DNA from: Candidatus Fervidifonticultor quintus
GTDB lineage: Bacteria > Sysuimicrobiota > Sysuimicrobiia > Sysuimicrobiales > Humicultoraceae
Assembly (NCBI GenBank): GCA_031459535.1
Contig: JAVKIJ010000028.1
Span: 1 to 35,150 of the forward strand
Direction of reading: 5' to 3'
Length of the DNA stretch: 35,150 nucleotides
The notes under the pieces are model-generated. The model searched no databases. It saw only the letters and a program-made list of their open reading frames with translations, and had not been told where the DNA came from. A program made the position numbers and the translations under genes. Positions 1-8,251 of this stretch are shown here, piece by piece. Position 1 is the first letter of the stretch, and every line of letters starts with the position of its first letter.

Positions 1-600
1 CTGCCGGTGCGCCTTCAGCGCGCTGGGATCCCGCAGGTATTCGCGCTCGAGCACGTGCCGCGGGAAGACCCAGTCAGGGTAGAGATTGGCGAAGGGATAC
101 CGCTCGTTCCACTGCACCACCAGCGTATAGGGATCGGCGGGGTTGGGGACGATCATGTTGTCGATCTTACGCAGCACGGTCCGGCTGACGGTGGGGGACC
201 GTGGGTTCCGCAGCATAAGGTACGTCCACGAGGCGTCCAGGGCCGTGTACGGCTTGCCGTCGTGCCAGGTGTAGTCCCGGCGGAACTTCCAGGTCACCTT
301 CATCTTGCCGCCGGGGAGCAACTGCCAGTCCCCATCTTTCAGTGTGGGAATCTTCACCACCGTGCGCGGGTAGAGCTGCCACTGGTCGTTGAACTCCACA
401 AGGCCGACGTAGAGGGAGTTGTTCACGGCCCTCCCCGCCGCCATGGAGTGGAACGCCATGATCAGGCCGTCAGGCTCCTGGGCCATCCCAAAGACGACGG
501 TGTCCCGGCTCCGTTGTGCGACCGCCGCATCCAGATTGATGCCCAGCACCACCGCACAGATCACTGCCAGAATCGTCAGCGTTCGAACGCGCATCTCCAT
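1..600 (-). CDS. oppA: Peptide/nickel ABC transporter substrate-binding protein (SBP family 5), runs off the window edge
   Basis: Manual translation from ATG at 600: MEMRVRTLTILAVICAVVLG (signal peptide)...TVVFGMAQEPDGL...LYVGLVEFNDQWQLYP...TWKFRRDYTWHDGKPYTALD, the typical SBP_bac_5 motif. SD GGGAGG upstream. Not in the ORF track because it has no stop in the window. Confidence 0.9.
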   Translation of the reverse strand, partial: MEMRVRTLTILAVICAVVLGINLDAAVAQRSRDTVVFGMAQEPDGLIMAFHSMAAGRAVNNSLYVGLVEFNDQWQLYPRTVVKIPTLKDGDWQLLPGGKMKVTWKFRRDYTWHDGKPYTALDASWTYLMLRNPRSPTVSRTVLRKIDNMIVPNPADPYTLVVQWNERYPFANLYPDWVFPRHVLEREYLRDPSALKAHRQ

Positions 601-720
601 GCGCCCCCTCCCTCGCGGACCTCGATCCCTTCGTCCTGCGCATCCTGCCTGCCCCTGCCCGCCTCCTGGCGCGTCACGGCAACATTCGAGCAGAAGGGCG
701 ACTGCCCTGCCCCGACCCGC

Positions 721-1128
721 CTAGTGCAATCCTCGCATCACCCACTCAAACGGATAGGTGCCAAGCGCCGTGAAGTCGCGCTGCTCGCGGTCGCGGACGC
801 GCTCGCGCCACGGGGGGCCGACGAAGACCTGCTCGGGCGGCGGCCCCGCCGCCTGCGGCCGTCCGGCGTGCGCCGGAGGCCGGCTGGCCTCACCCGGACG
901 GCGAGGCCCAGCCGCACGCTGACCGACTTTCTGCGCCTCCAGGAAGCGGTCGACGTCCGCCTTGAGCACCCGGTACAGCTTGCCGATCCTGGAGGCGGGG
1001 ATCCTACCCTCTCGGATGTACCGATAGACCGTGAGGCGATTGAGCTGGAGGTAGTCGGCCACCTGGTCGACCGTCATCACCTCGGCGGAACTGGGGCGCC
1101 GCCGCCCTGACTGTGCCCCCATCCCCAT
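721..1128 (-). CDS. Excisionase/MerR-like helix-turn-helix (HTH_17, Xis/BldC-like) DNA-binding protein with a C-terminal extension
   Basis: EVMTVDQVADYLQLNRLTVYRYIREGRIPASRIGKLYRVLKADVDRFLE matches the excisionase-family HTH pattern. Start could be 1122. Confidence 0.88.
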   Translation of the reverse strand: MGMGAQSGRRRPSSAEVMTVDQVADYLQLNRLTVYRYIREGRIPASRIGKLYRVLKADVDRFLEAQKVGQRAAGPRRPGEASRPPAHAGRPQAAGPPPEQVFVGPPWRERVRDREQRDFTALGTYPFEWVMRGLH

Positions 1129-1133
1129 CCCCC

Positions 1134-1172
1134 GTATACGCAGGTTACTTGATAGTATACTACGCTATACTA
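1134..1172 (-). promoter_or_regulatory. Promoter/operator of the HTH gene: -10 TATACT within palindrome TAGTATACTA, plus phased TATAC repeats
   Basis: AT-rich patch. TATAC at 1135, 1156 and 1166; palindrome at 1153-1162; minus-strand TATACT at 1159-1154. Confidence 0.55.
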
Positions 1173-2531
1173 AAGGGTCCTGTTCACTCGTCGCCGGGTG
1201 CAGCGGGGGTCGAGCCCGAAAAGGCGGAAGACACGGAACTGCTGGAGGGGCCGTCCTCTGAGGATCACCCGCACGCTCGGCAGTTCCTCGGCGCTGGCGA
1301 AGCATTCGCCGGCCCGAGGGGGGTCCGGGGCATAGGTCACGGCCACCGCCGGGCTTCCGGCGTGGGGTTCTGGCCTGGGCCAGATCGAGGCAGGATTCTG
1401 CGGCGGAAGTACCAGGACCGGCAGCGTGCCGCGGGTGTGATAGGCGAGTTGCGCCGCCATTTGGAACCGGTCGGCGACGAGCACGGCCTCCGGTCCTAGA
1501 GCACGTGCCTCCTCGGCGACCCGGAGACCGACCTCCTGCCACCCGTAGTACTCGCGGGCACCCGGGACCGGCGGCAGGCCGGGGACCAGGAGCAACATAA
1601 CGAAGACTCCCAGCAGTAGCGCATTGGCCAGGGCCAGCCATGAGACGGCCCGGCTCCAGAGCGCCGCCAGGATCACGGCGAGGCCGAGATATCCCGGGGC
1701 CGCAAGATGCCCGCGCGCGGCGCCCAGGGGAGCGACCAGGACGGGCAGCACCAGTGCCGGGACCGACGCCGTCAGCAGGTACGCGAACCGGGCATCGGCC
1801 CGGCGGCGCCACGCGGCCGCCGCAGCCCAGACGAACGCCGGGAACAACAGGAGGACCAGCGGCAGGTGGTTCTCGGCCAGCCGGAGCCACCCGAGGCTCC
1901 CGACGACGCCGCCGGGCTCGGCTCGCTCAGCTACCACGAACCGGACGGCCGCCCACCCGTGCGTCCAGTTCCAGTACAGGACGGGGGCGAAGAGGGCGGC
2001 GGCAATCCCTGCGGCGGCATATGGGTGCGGTCGGCGCAACCAGCCCGGCTCTCGGGCCCACAGGTAGAGGACGATGCCAGCCGCCAGCAGCGGGAGGTAC
2101 AGCTTGCTCAGTAAACCCAATCCCAGGGCCACCCCCGCACCTGCCCAGCGCCACGGTCGCCCCCGCAGCGCCTGCCAGACGAGCAGCATGGCCGAGACCC
2201 AGGCCAGGGAGAGCGGAGCATCTGGTGTGGAGAACACGCCGGTACCCCCCAGCACCGGGGTCACCTGATACAGCAGCGCCGCCAGGAAGCCGACCCGCTC
2301 GCTGAACATCTCCTGGCCGAGCCGGTAGAGGCCCCAGGCAGTCGCCACCCCGAGCACCAGCGCCGGCAGCCGCACCCAGAACTGGGCGTCTCCCGCCACT
2401 GTGGACAGCCGGACCAGGTACGCGATCATGGGCGGATGATCCAGGTAGCTCCAGTCGAGCCGGCGGGACCACAGCCAGTAGTACGCCTCGTCGGCGAGCA
2501 GCGGCGCGGCCGCTGCGACCGCTATGCGCAC
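1170..2531 (-). CDS. GT39/ArnT (PMT_2)-family membrane glycosyltransferase (GT-C fold)
   Basis: DEAYYWLWSRRLDWSYLDHPPMIA motif, VRLP, TPDAP, LSKLY and many TM helices. The frame extends upstream to about 2573 (IRRALFWLL...), so the real start may be earlier. Confidence 0.9.
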   Translation of the reverse strand: MRIAVAAAAPLLADEAYYWLWSRRLDWSYLDHPPMIAYLVRLSTVAGDAQFWVRLPALVLGVATAWGLYRLGQEMFSERVGFLAALLYQVTPVLGGTGVFSTPDAPLSLAWVSAMLLVWQALRGRPWRWAGAGVALGLGLLSKLYLPLLAAGIVLYLWAREPGWLRRPHPYAAAGIAAALFAPVLYWNWTHGWAAVRFVVAERAEPGGVVGSLGWLRLAENHLPLVLLLFPAFVWAAAAAWRRRADARFAYLLTASVPALVLPVLVAPLGAARGHLAAPGYLGLAVILAALWSRAVSWLALANALLLGVFVMLLLVPGLPPVPGAREYYGWQEVGLRVAEEARALGPEAVLVADRFQMAAQLAYHTRGTLPVLVLPPQNPASIWPRPEPHAGSPAVAVTYAPDPPRAGECFASAEELPSVRVILRGRPLQQFRVFRLFGLDPRCTRRRVNRTL

Positions 2532-2575
2532 AGCGGTCGTGGTCGCCAGCAGCCAGAAGAGCGCTCGCCGGATGG

Positions 2576-3652
2576 CTAACCGACTCCCCGCAGTCGGGGA
2601 TCGAGGATGTCGCGGACCGCGTCGCCCAGCAGATTCCAGCCGAGCACGAACAGGAAGATCGCCGCACCCGGATATACCAGCACATACCAGTAGGCGAACG
2701 GCGCGCCCGGGGCGCCCAGGATCCAGTTGCGGGACAGGTTGATCAGCATGCCCCAGTCGGCGTAACCTACCTCCGCGCCCAGCCCCAGGAAGCTCAAACC
2801 GGCTGCGGTCAGGACGATGAGCCCCACGTCCAGCGAGGTGAAGACCAGGAACGGGTAGATGGTGTTGGGGATGATGTGCCGGTAGATGATGCGCACATCA
2901 CCGCTACCCGCAGCCTTGGCGGCCTCGACGTAGTCGCGGCCCCGCACGTTCAGGATGTCCCCGCGCAGCAACCGGGCGTAGACCGGCCAGTTGACAATGG
3001 CAATGGCGATCATGATGTTGGTGAGGCTCCGCCCCAGCACCGTCACCACCACCACGGCCAGCACCAGCCCGGGAAACGCCAGGAAGATGTCGGTGATCCG
3101 CATGATGGCCTCGTCGAGCCGGCCGCCGTAGTAACCGGCCAGGCCACCCAGGATCAACCCGACGATCACCGAAATGATGATGACCATCATGGCCACCCGA
3201 AACGCCGTCCGGGCGCCCCAGATGATGCCGTAGTAGAGGTCGTACTGCCCCTCCGTGGTCCCAAACGGATGTCCGGGCCGGGGCGGCCTGGGGTCGGTCC
3301 CGAAGCCTTCCTGCGGGATCAGGTACGCGTTGCGCGACGTGTGGGGAGGCGGGGCCAGCACCGGTGCCAGCACTGCCATGGCCACGAAGAACACGATGAG
3401 CGAGAACCCCGCCACCGACAGGGGGTTCTTGCGCATTCGCTTGGTGAACTCCGACGGAATCGTCCAGAGTCCCGCCACGGCCAGGACGAAGAGCAGGAAC
3501 AGCGCCATGTCCAAGGGGGCCTGCAGGAAGCGTGCCCGGATTCTGGGCACCACCAGAGCCATGACCAGGAGCACGGCACCGGCGGCGGCGAGCCCGCGGA
3601 CCTGCTGGCGATGCTCCTGGATGTTGCGCGTGGCGGCGGCGAGGATGCCCAT
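2576..3652 (-). CDS. oppC: Peptide/nickel ABC transporter permease OppC/DppC with an extra N-terminal TM hairpin
   Basis: HPFGTTEGQYDLYYGIIWGART, EAA loop DYVEAAKAAGSGDVRIIYRHIIPN, LLGDAVRDILDPR. Start ATG at 3652 (MGILAA), just after the oppB stop. Confidence 0.93.
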   Translation of the reverse strand: MGILAAATRNIQEHRQQVRGLAAAGAVLLVMALVVPRIRARFLQAPLDMALFLLFVLAVAGLWTIPSEFTKRMRKNPLSVAGFSLIVFFVAMAVLAPVLAPPPHTSRNAYLIPQEGFGTDPRPPRPGHPFGTTEGQYDLYYGIIWGARTAFRVAMMVIIISVIVGLILGGLAGYYGGRLDEAIMRITDIFLAFPGLVLAVVVVTVLGRSLTNIMIAIAIVNWPVYARLLRGDILNVRGRDYVEAAKAAGSGDVRIIYRHIIPNTIYPFLVFTSLDVGLIVLTAAGLSFLGLGAEVGYADWGMLINLSRNWILGAPGAPFAYWYVLVYPGAAIFLFVLGWNLLGDAVRDILDPRLRGVG

Positions 3653-3657
3653 GGGCG

Positions 3658-4683
3658 CTATTGCAACCGGATCCGGGGATCGAAGTAGGCGTAGAGGATG
3701 TCGGCGGCGAGGTTGCCCAGCACCGTGAGCGCGGCCACGAACATGGCGAACCCGGTCACGCCGGGGATGTCGAGCTGCTGTGCCGCGAAGGCCCCCCAAC
3801 GACCGATGCCCGGAAAGTTGAAGATCGTCTCGGTGATCACCACCCCGCCCAGCAGGCCCACGAAGGTCAGGCTCGAGAGGGTGATGACCGGAATCAGCGC
3901 GTTTCGCCGCGCGTGGACGTCGATGACCACCGGCTCGGCCAGCCCCTTGGACCGGGCCGTGCGGATGTAGTCCTGGTTCAGCACCTCCAGCATCGACGAG
4001 CGGGTGATCCGCACCAGCAGCGCGATGGAGACCATGGTGAGGGTCAGCACCGGGCCCATGAGGTGGCGCAAGGCATCCAAGGAGATCCAGAGCTGGCCGT
4101 TGAGCAGGCCGTCCACGGTCATCAGCCCGGTGTAGCGCTGGAACTGACCCGAGCGCACGAAGAGGTCTGCCTCCAGCGACAGCCGGCCCGGCGGGAACCA
4201 GTTGACGCGCCCGTACAGGATCATGAGGATCAGCAGGCCCCACACGAAGCTCGGCAGGGAACGGAACGATACCGAGAACACCCGCGAGACGTGGTCGATG
4301 ATCCGGTCGCGGTTCACCGCGGCCGCCGTCCCCAGCCACACGCCGATCAGCATGATGGGCACGAAGGCATAGACGGTCAATTCCAGCGTGGCCGGAAAGA
4401 AGGCGCTGATGGCCTCCCGAACCGGCAGCCGGGCCGTCTGCGACCAGCCCAGGTTGCCCCGGAAGACCTCGCGCAGCCAGTTCCAGTACTGGACGTGGAC
4501 CGGTTGGTCGAGGCCGTACTTGCGGATGATGGCCTCCAGGGCGTTCAACTGGTTGGGGTTGGTGATGAAGGCCGCCGCCCGCATCTCCGGCGCCAGGAAC
4601 TGCAGCAGCGCAAAGATCAGCAGGGTCACCCCGAAGGCCACGATCGGGAGCAAGATCATCCGGCGCGCGATGTAGGATGCCAT
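3658..4683 (-). CDS. oppB: Peptide/nickel ABC transporter permease OppB/DppB
   Basis: MASYIARR..., YGLDQPVHVQY, RSSMLEVLNQDYIRTARSKGL, ADILYAYFDPRIR. ATG at 4683. Confidence 0.95.
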   Translation of the reverse strand: MASYIARRMILLPIVAFGVTLLIFALLQFLAPEMRAAAFITNPNQLNALEAIIRKYGLDQPVHVQYWNWLREVFRGNLGWSQTARLPVREAISAFFPATLELTVYAFVPIMLIGVWLGTAAAVNRDRIIDHVSRVFSVSFRSLPSFVWGLLILMILYGRVNWFPPGRLSLEADLFVRSGQFQRYTGLMTVDGLLNGQLWISLDALRHLMGPVLTLTMVSIALLVRITRSSMLEVLNQDYIRTARSKGLAEPVVIDVHARRNALIPVITLSSLTFVGLLGGVVITETIFNFPGIGRWGAFAAQQLDIPGVTGFAMFVAALTVLGNLAADILYAYFDPRIRLQ

Positions 4684-4700
4684 GCTCGGCGGATGCCGCC

Positions 4701-4725
4701 GGGGCCCGGCCTGCGGCCGGGCCCC
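4701..4725. terminator. Intergenic GC hairpin between oppA and oppB (mRNA stabiliser or partial terminator)
   Basis: GGGGCCCGGCC-TGC-GGCCGGGCCCC is a perfect 11-bp inverted repeat with no U-tract. Confidence 0.6.
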
Positions 4726-4739
4726 CGTCTCCTCCTCGG

Positions 4740-6500
4740 CTACTGCTTGGCCATGGGGTAGGCGTACTCGCCGAAGAACGCCGGGTTGTTGTACCACCCG
4801 CGCACCCACGACCGCATGACCGTCAGCTTCACAGGGTAGAGGTACATGGTGGTCACGTCGCTGTAGGCAACTTCCTGGAGCTTGTAGTAGATTGCCCGCC
4901 GCTTGGCCGGATCGGTCTCGGTCCGGGCCTGCTCGATGAGCTTGTCCACCTCGGGGTTCTTGTAGCCCTGGGCCGAGGCGTACGTCCCGGTGCTGTGCAT
5001 GAACGGCGAGACGAAGTTGTCCGCATCCGGGTAGTCGGCCGCCCACCCGATGAGCCACATGGGCAGCTTCTTCTGTCGGTACAGGGACAGATACTGGGCC
5101 CAGGTGACGCCCCGGACGTCTACCTTAAACTTGGGATTCAGCGCCTCCAGGTTGGCCTTGAGGATCTGGCCAATGCACTGCCTGGTGGTGTTGCCGCTGT
5201 TGAATGCCACCGTAAACTTGAACCCGGTATTCCAGATCTGCCCGCCGCGGGCCTCGCGGAACGCCGCAGCGGCCCTGGACGCATCGGTGGTGTACCACTT
5301 ACCCTGGGGATTGTACCCGAACATGCCTTTCGGCACCGGACCGTTGCCGATCGTGGCATACCCGCGGAAGCAGTCGCGCACCGCCGTCTGGTAGTCGAAC
5401 GCCTGGGCCACGCCCCGGCGCACGTTGATGTCGGCGAAGAAGTCGGGCGGCACACCATTCCCGTCCAGGCGGCCGCTGCCCACGTCAGGGTTCCCGCCGC
5501 TGGTATCGATGTTGAGGTTCATATAGATGCCCTGGGTCACGAGCTGCGGCAGGTCGGGGAGCACGCGGACGCCGGGCAGGCCCTCGACCTGCGTCTGCTC
5601 CGGCCGGTTCACCGAGACGATGTCGGCGTCGCCCTGCTGCAGCATCAGGCGCCGCGGCCCGAAGTCTTCAACCACTCGGTAGATCACGCGCTTGAGGGCG
5701 GGAGGCTTGCGCCAGTAGGCGTCGTTGCGCTCAAGGATAGCCTGGCGGGTCTGCCGGTCCCACTGGACGAGTTTGAAGGGGCCGGTGCCGTTGGCCTTGC
5801 TGAAGAGCGGGGTGTCCTCGGGCTTCTTGGGGTTGTTGAGCTTGGCCAGGCCGGCCGCCGTTCCGTTCCAGTCGCCCTGGGCAATGGCCCACTTCTTGTT
5901 CACCGTCATGGACCACTGGGCCATGATCGAGAGGAACGGCGCGAACGGCTTCTGGAGGGTGATGGAGATGGTATTGCCACTCACCTTGATGGCCTGTTCG
6001 GCTTTGGTGAACAGGTCCATCCTCAGGGTGCCCTTGTCGTCGCGGGTGCCCTCCTCCCCCACGATGGGGGCCAGCAGGATCCACGACGGGCCACCGTCCC
6101 GATCCATGAACATGAACCGCAGCAGCGAGTACTTCACGTCGTCGGCGGTCATGGGCGTGCCGTCGTGGAACTTGACACCGTCGCGGAGCTTGAACGTGTA
6201 CGTTCTGCCGTCCTTGGAGATGCCCCCGTTGGCCACGCTGGGCACCTCGGTGGCGAGCATGGGAACGAACTGGCCCGTCGAGCCGCCGTTGAAGAACACC
6301 AGGGTCTCATAGACGTGCCACAAGATGATCTCCGAGCTGGCGGTGTCGTACGCATACGCCGGATCCAGGCTCTCCGGATCGCCGAATCGGACCACGGTCA
6401 GCGTATCGGGGTTCTTGACCGCCTGCCCGTATGCCACGCCGGTCAACCCAGCCAGGCTCGCGACCAGCGCCAGCACCAGCAGTCTCTTCGTCGCGGTCAT
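4740..6500 (-). CDS. oppA: Peptide/nickel ABC transporter substrate-binding protein
   Basis: MTATKRLLVLALVASLAGLTGVAYG signal peptide, SLDPAYAYD, YTFKLRDGVKFHDGTPMTADDVKYS, NGTGPFKL, GWAADYPDADNF. SD AGGAGG at 6511-6516. Confidence 0.95.
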   Translation of the reverse strand: MTATKRLLVLALVASLAGLTGVAYGQAVKNPDTLTVVRFGDPESLDPAYAYDTASSEIILWHVYETLVFFNGGSTGQFVPMLATEVPSVANGGISKDGRTYTFKLRDGVKFHDGTPMTADDVKYSLLRFMFMDRDGGPSWILLAPIVGEEGTRDDKGTLRMDLFTKAEQAIKVSGNTISITLQKPFAPFLSIMAQWSMTVNKKWAIAQGDWNGTAAGLAKLNNPKKPEDTPLFSKANGTGPFKLVQWDRQTRQAILERNDAYWRKPPALKRVIYRVVEDFGPRRLMLQQGDADIVSVNRPEQTQVEGLPGVRVLPDLPQLVTQGIYMNLNIDTSGGNPDVGSGRLDGNGVPPDFFADINVRRGVAQAFDYQTAVRDCFRGYATIGNGPVPKGMFGYNPQGKWYTTDASRAAAAFREARGGQIWNTGFKFTVAFNSGNTTRQCIGQILKANLEALNPKFKVDVRGVTWAQYLSLYRQKKLPMWLIGWAADYPDADNFVSPFMHSTGTYASAQGYKNPEVDKLIEQARTETDPAKRRAIYYKLQEVAYSDVTTMYLYPVKLTVMRSWVRGWYNNPAFFGEYAYPMAKQ

Positions 6501-6593
6501 GACGTCTGTACCTCCTCTCAGTGACGTGCATCTGTGGACCGCCCCCCAAGCGGGCGCATTCCCTTCCAGCCTGCGGCGCACTCACCACCTCCT

Positions 6594-7082
6594 TCACGGT
6601 GAGACCAGCGGTCCGCTGTATTCCACCTTCATGTCCTCGAACTTCTGTCCCTGCCGCGCCGTCACCGTCACGAGGCGGGTGCGCCGCGCATAGAGGCTGA
6701 TGCGCACCTCGCTGACGGCGGCATTCTCATGGAGGGCCAGCTGCGCGGCCAGCCGACCCTCGGTCGCCAGATACTCGCGGTTCTCCCCCACCGGCCTGGA
6801 CGCGTCGTAGTACTTGGACGCCGCCTCCACCCGGGCCACCTTCGTCGCCGGATCATAGTCGGCGCGTCGGACGCTGTCGGTGCCCGAGATGCTGCGCACC
6901 GCGCCTGCCACGCGCACGGCCGGATCGGTGGGATCGACCTGGGTGGCCGCCTGCCAGCGGCGGTCAGCGGCCACGACCCCGCCGGCGACCACCAGGACGC
7001 CCAGCCCCCACAGGACCCAGGGCAGGAGCGCGCGCCGGGGCGTGCGGCGGCCAGCGGCCCGCACCCGTCCCGACCTACGCAT
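6594..7082 (-). CDS. Hypothetical single-pass membrane protein (162 aa)
   Basis: ATG at 7082 with SD AGGAGG. Basic N-terminus, TM segment LLPWVLWGLGVLVVAGGVVAA, then a compact alpha/beta-looking extracytoplasmic domain. Fills the gap between oppC and oppA. Confidence 0.75.
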   Translation of the reverse strand: MRRSGRVRAAGRRTPRRALLPWVLWGLGVLVVAGGVVAADRRWQAATQVDPTDPAVRVAGAVRSISGTDSVRRADYDPATKVARVEAASKYYDASRPVGENREYLATEGRLAAQLALHENAAVSEVRISLYARRTRLVTVTARQGQKFEDMKVEYSGPLVSP

Positions 7083-7105
7083 GGGCCCCTCCTGCCGGCG
7101 CCATC

Positions 7106-8242
7106 TCAGCCGGTCCGCAGCCGGGGATCGAGCGCGTCGCGCAACCCGTCCCCGAACAGGTTGAATGCCACCACCGCCGCAATGATGAACACCCCCGGGA
7201 AGAGCAGCCAGGGCGACAGGATCAGCGTCGGCAGATTCGACGCGGCGGTGAGCAGGTTGCCCCACGACGAGCACGGCTCGCGCACCCCGAAGCCGAAGAA
7301 CGACAGCGAGGACTCGCCGAGGATGGCGCCGGGAATGCCCAGGGTGGCCACCACGATCACCAGCGACGAGGTATTGGGAAGAATGTGACGCACGATCACC
7401 CGGAAGTCGTCGAGCCCGGCCGCCTTGGCCGCCAGCACATACTCCCGCTCTTTGAGGGACAGCACCATCCCTCGGATGAGCCGGGAGAATCCCGCCCAGC
7501 CGATGAACGAGAGGATGAACGTGATCAGGTAGAAACGCGTGTAGCACCCCACGTTGGTGGGCAGCACGGCGCTCAGGGTGAGCAGCAGGTAGAACCCCGG
7601 AAAGGCCATGAGCACCTCAGCCACGCGCATCATGACGTTGTCGACGCGGCCCCCGTAGTACCCGGCGATGCCACCGTAGACCATCCCGATCGGGATGGTG
7701 ATGGCTGAGGCCAGCAGGCCGATCGACATGGACAGGCGGGATCCGTAGAGGATGCGGCTGAACTGATCCCGCCCCGACTGGTCGGTCCCCATCAGGAAGA
7801 CCCGGGCCGGCTCGTGCACACCGAAGAGGTGCAGCGTGCTGGGGAAGAGCCCGAACAGCCGGTACGGTTCGCCCCGCACGAGGAACCGCAGATAGTGGCG
7901 TCGCGACCGGTCCTCGGTGTACCGGCGCAACCCCGGGTCGGCCAGGGTCGTGGCGTAGACGAACGGTCGCAGGCTCACCCCCCGCTCATCCCAGAACCGC
8001 GGGAGGACCGGTGGATGATAGAACCGCTCCCGATCCGCGAAGTCCAGTGGGTAGGGTGCCAGGAATTCCGCGAAGGCCACCATGAGATACAGCACGGCCA
8101 GCACCGCGCCCCCCAGCAGAGCCATGCGGTGCTTGCGCAACTGACGCCACGCGAGCTGGGCCGGGGTGCGGACCTGAACTGCCGCCGGCACCGCAGAGGA
8201 CGCACGGCGGGCTGCCTGCCTGCTGACCGCTTCGGCTCCCAC
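7106..8242 (-). CDS. oppC: Peptide/nickel ABC transporter permease OppC/DppC
   Basis: AWRQLRKHRMA, MGTDQSGRDQFSRILYGSR, EYVLAAKAAG, FGDGLRDALDPR. Confidence 0.95.
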   Translation of the reverse strand: MGAEAVSRQAARRASSAVPAAVQVRTPAQLAWRQLRKHRMALLGGAVLAVLYLMVAFAEFLAPYPLDFADRERFYHPPVLPRFWDERGVSLRPFVYATTLADPGLRRYTEDRSRRHYLRFLVRGEPYRLFGLFPSTLHLFGVHEPARVFLMGTDQSGRDQFSRILYGSRLSMSIGLLASAITIPIGMVYGGIAGYYGGRVDNVMMRVAEVLMAFPGFYLLLTLSAVLPTNVGCYTRFYLITFILSFIGWAGFSRLIRGMVLSLKEREYVLAAKAAGLDDFRVIVRHILPNTSSLVIVVATLGIPGAILGESSLSFFGFGVREPCSSWGNLLTAASNLPTLILSPWLLFPGVFIIAAVVAFNLFGDGLRDALDPRLRTG

Positions 8243-8251
8243 GTCACCGCC

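Noticed and set aside
601..720. CCTGC-rich intergenic stretch with a small hairpin upstream of the first oppA
   Set aside because: Short, irregular repeats in high-GC sequence; no recognisable riboswitch or convincing periodicity.
721..1128. Excisionase as a marker of a prophage or integrative element
   Set aside because: No integrase, phage genes or att-like repeats nearby; the flanks are transporter genes.
2576..4339. ORF-track extensions suggesting fusions (587-aa OppC, 488-aa PyrF, 317-aa hypothetical, 207-aa HEPN)
   Set aside because: The N-terminal parts are alternative-frame read-through of upstream genes; internal starts with SD sequences or stop/start overlaps give normal-sized proteins.
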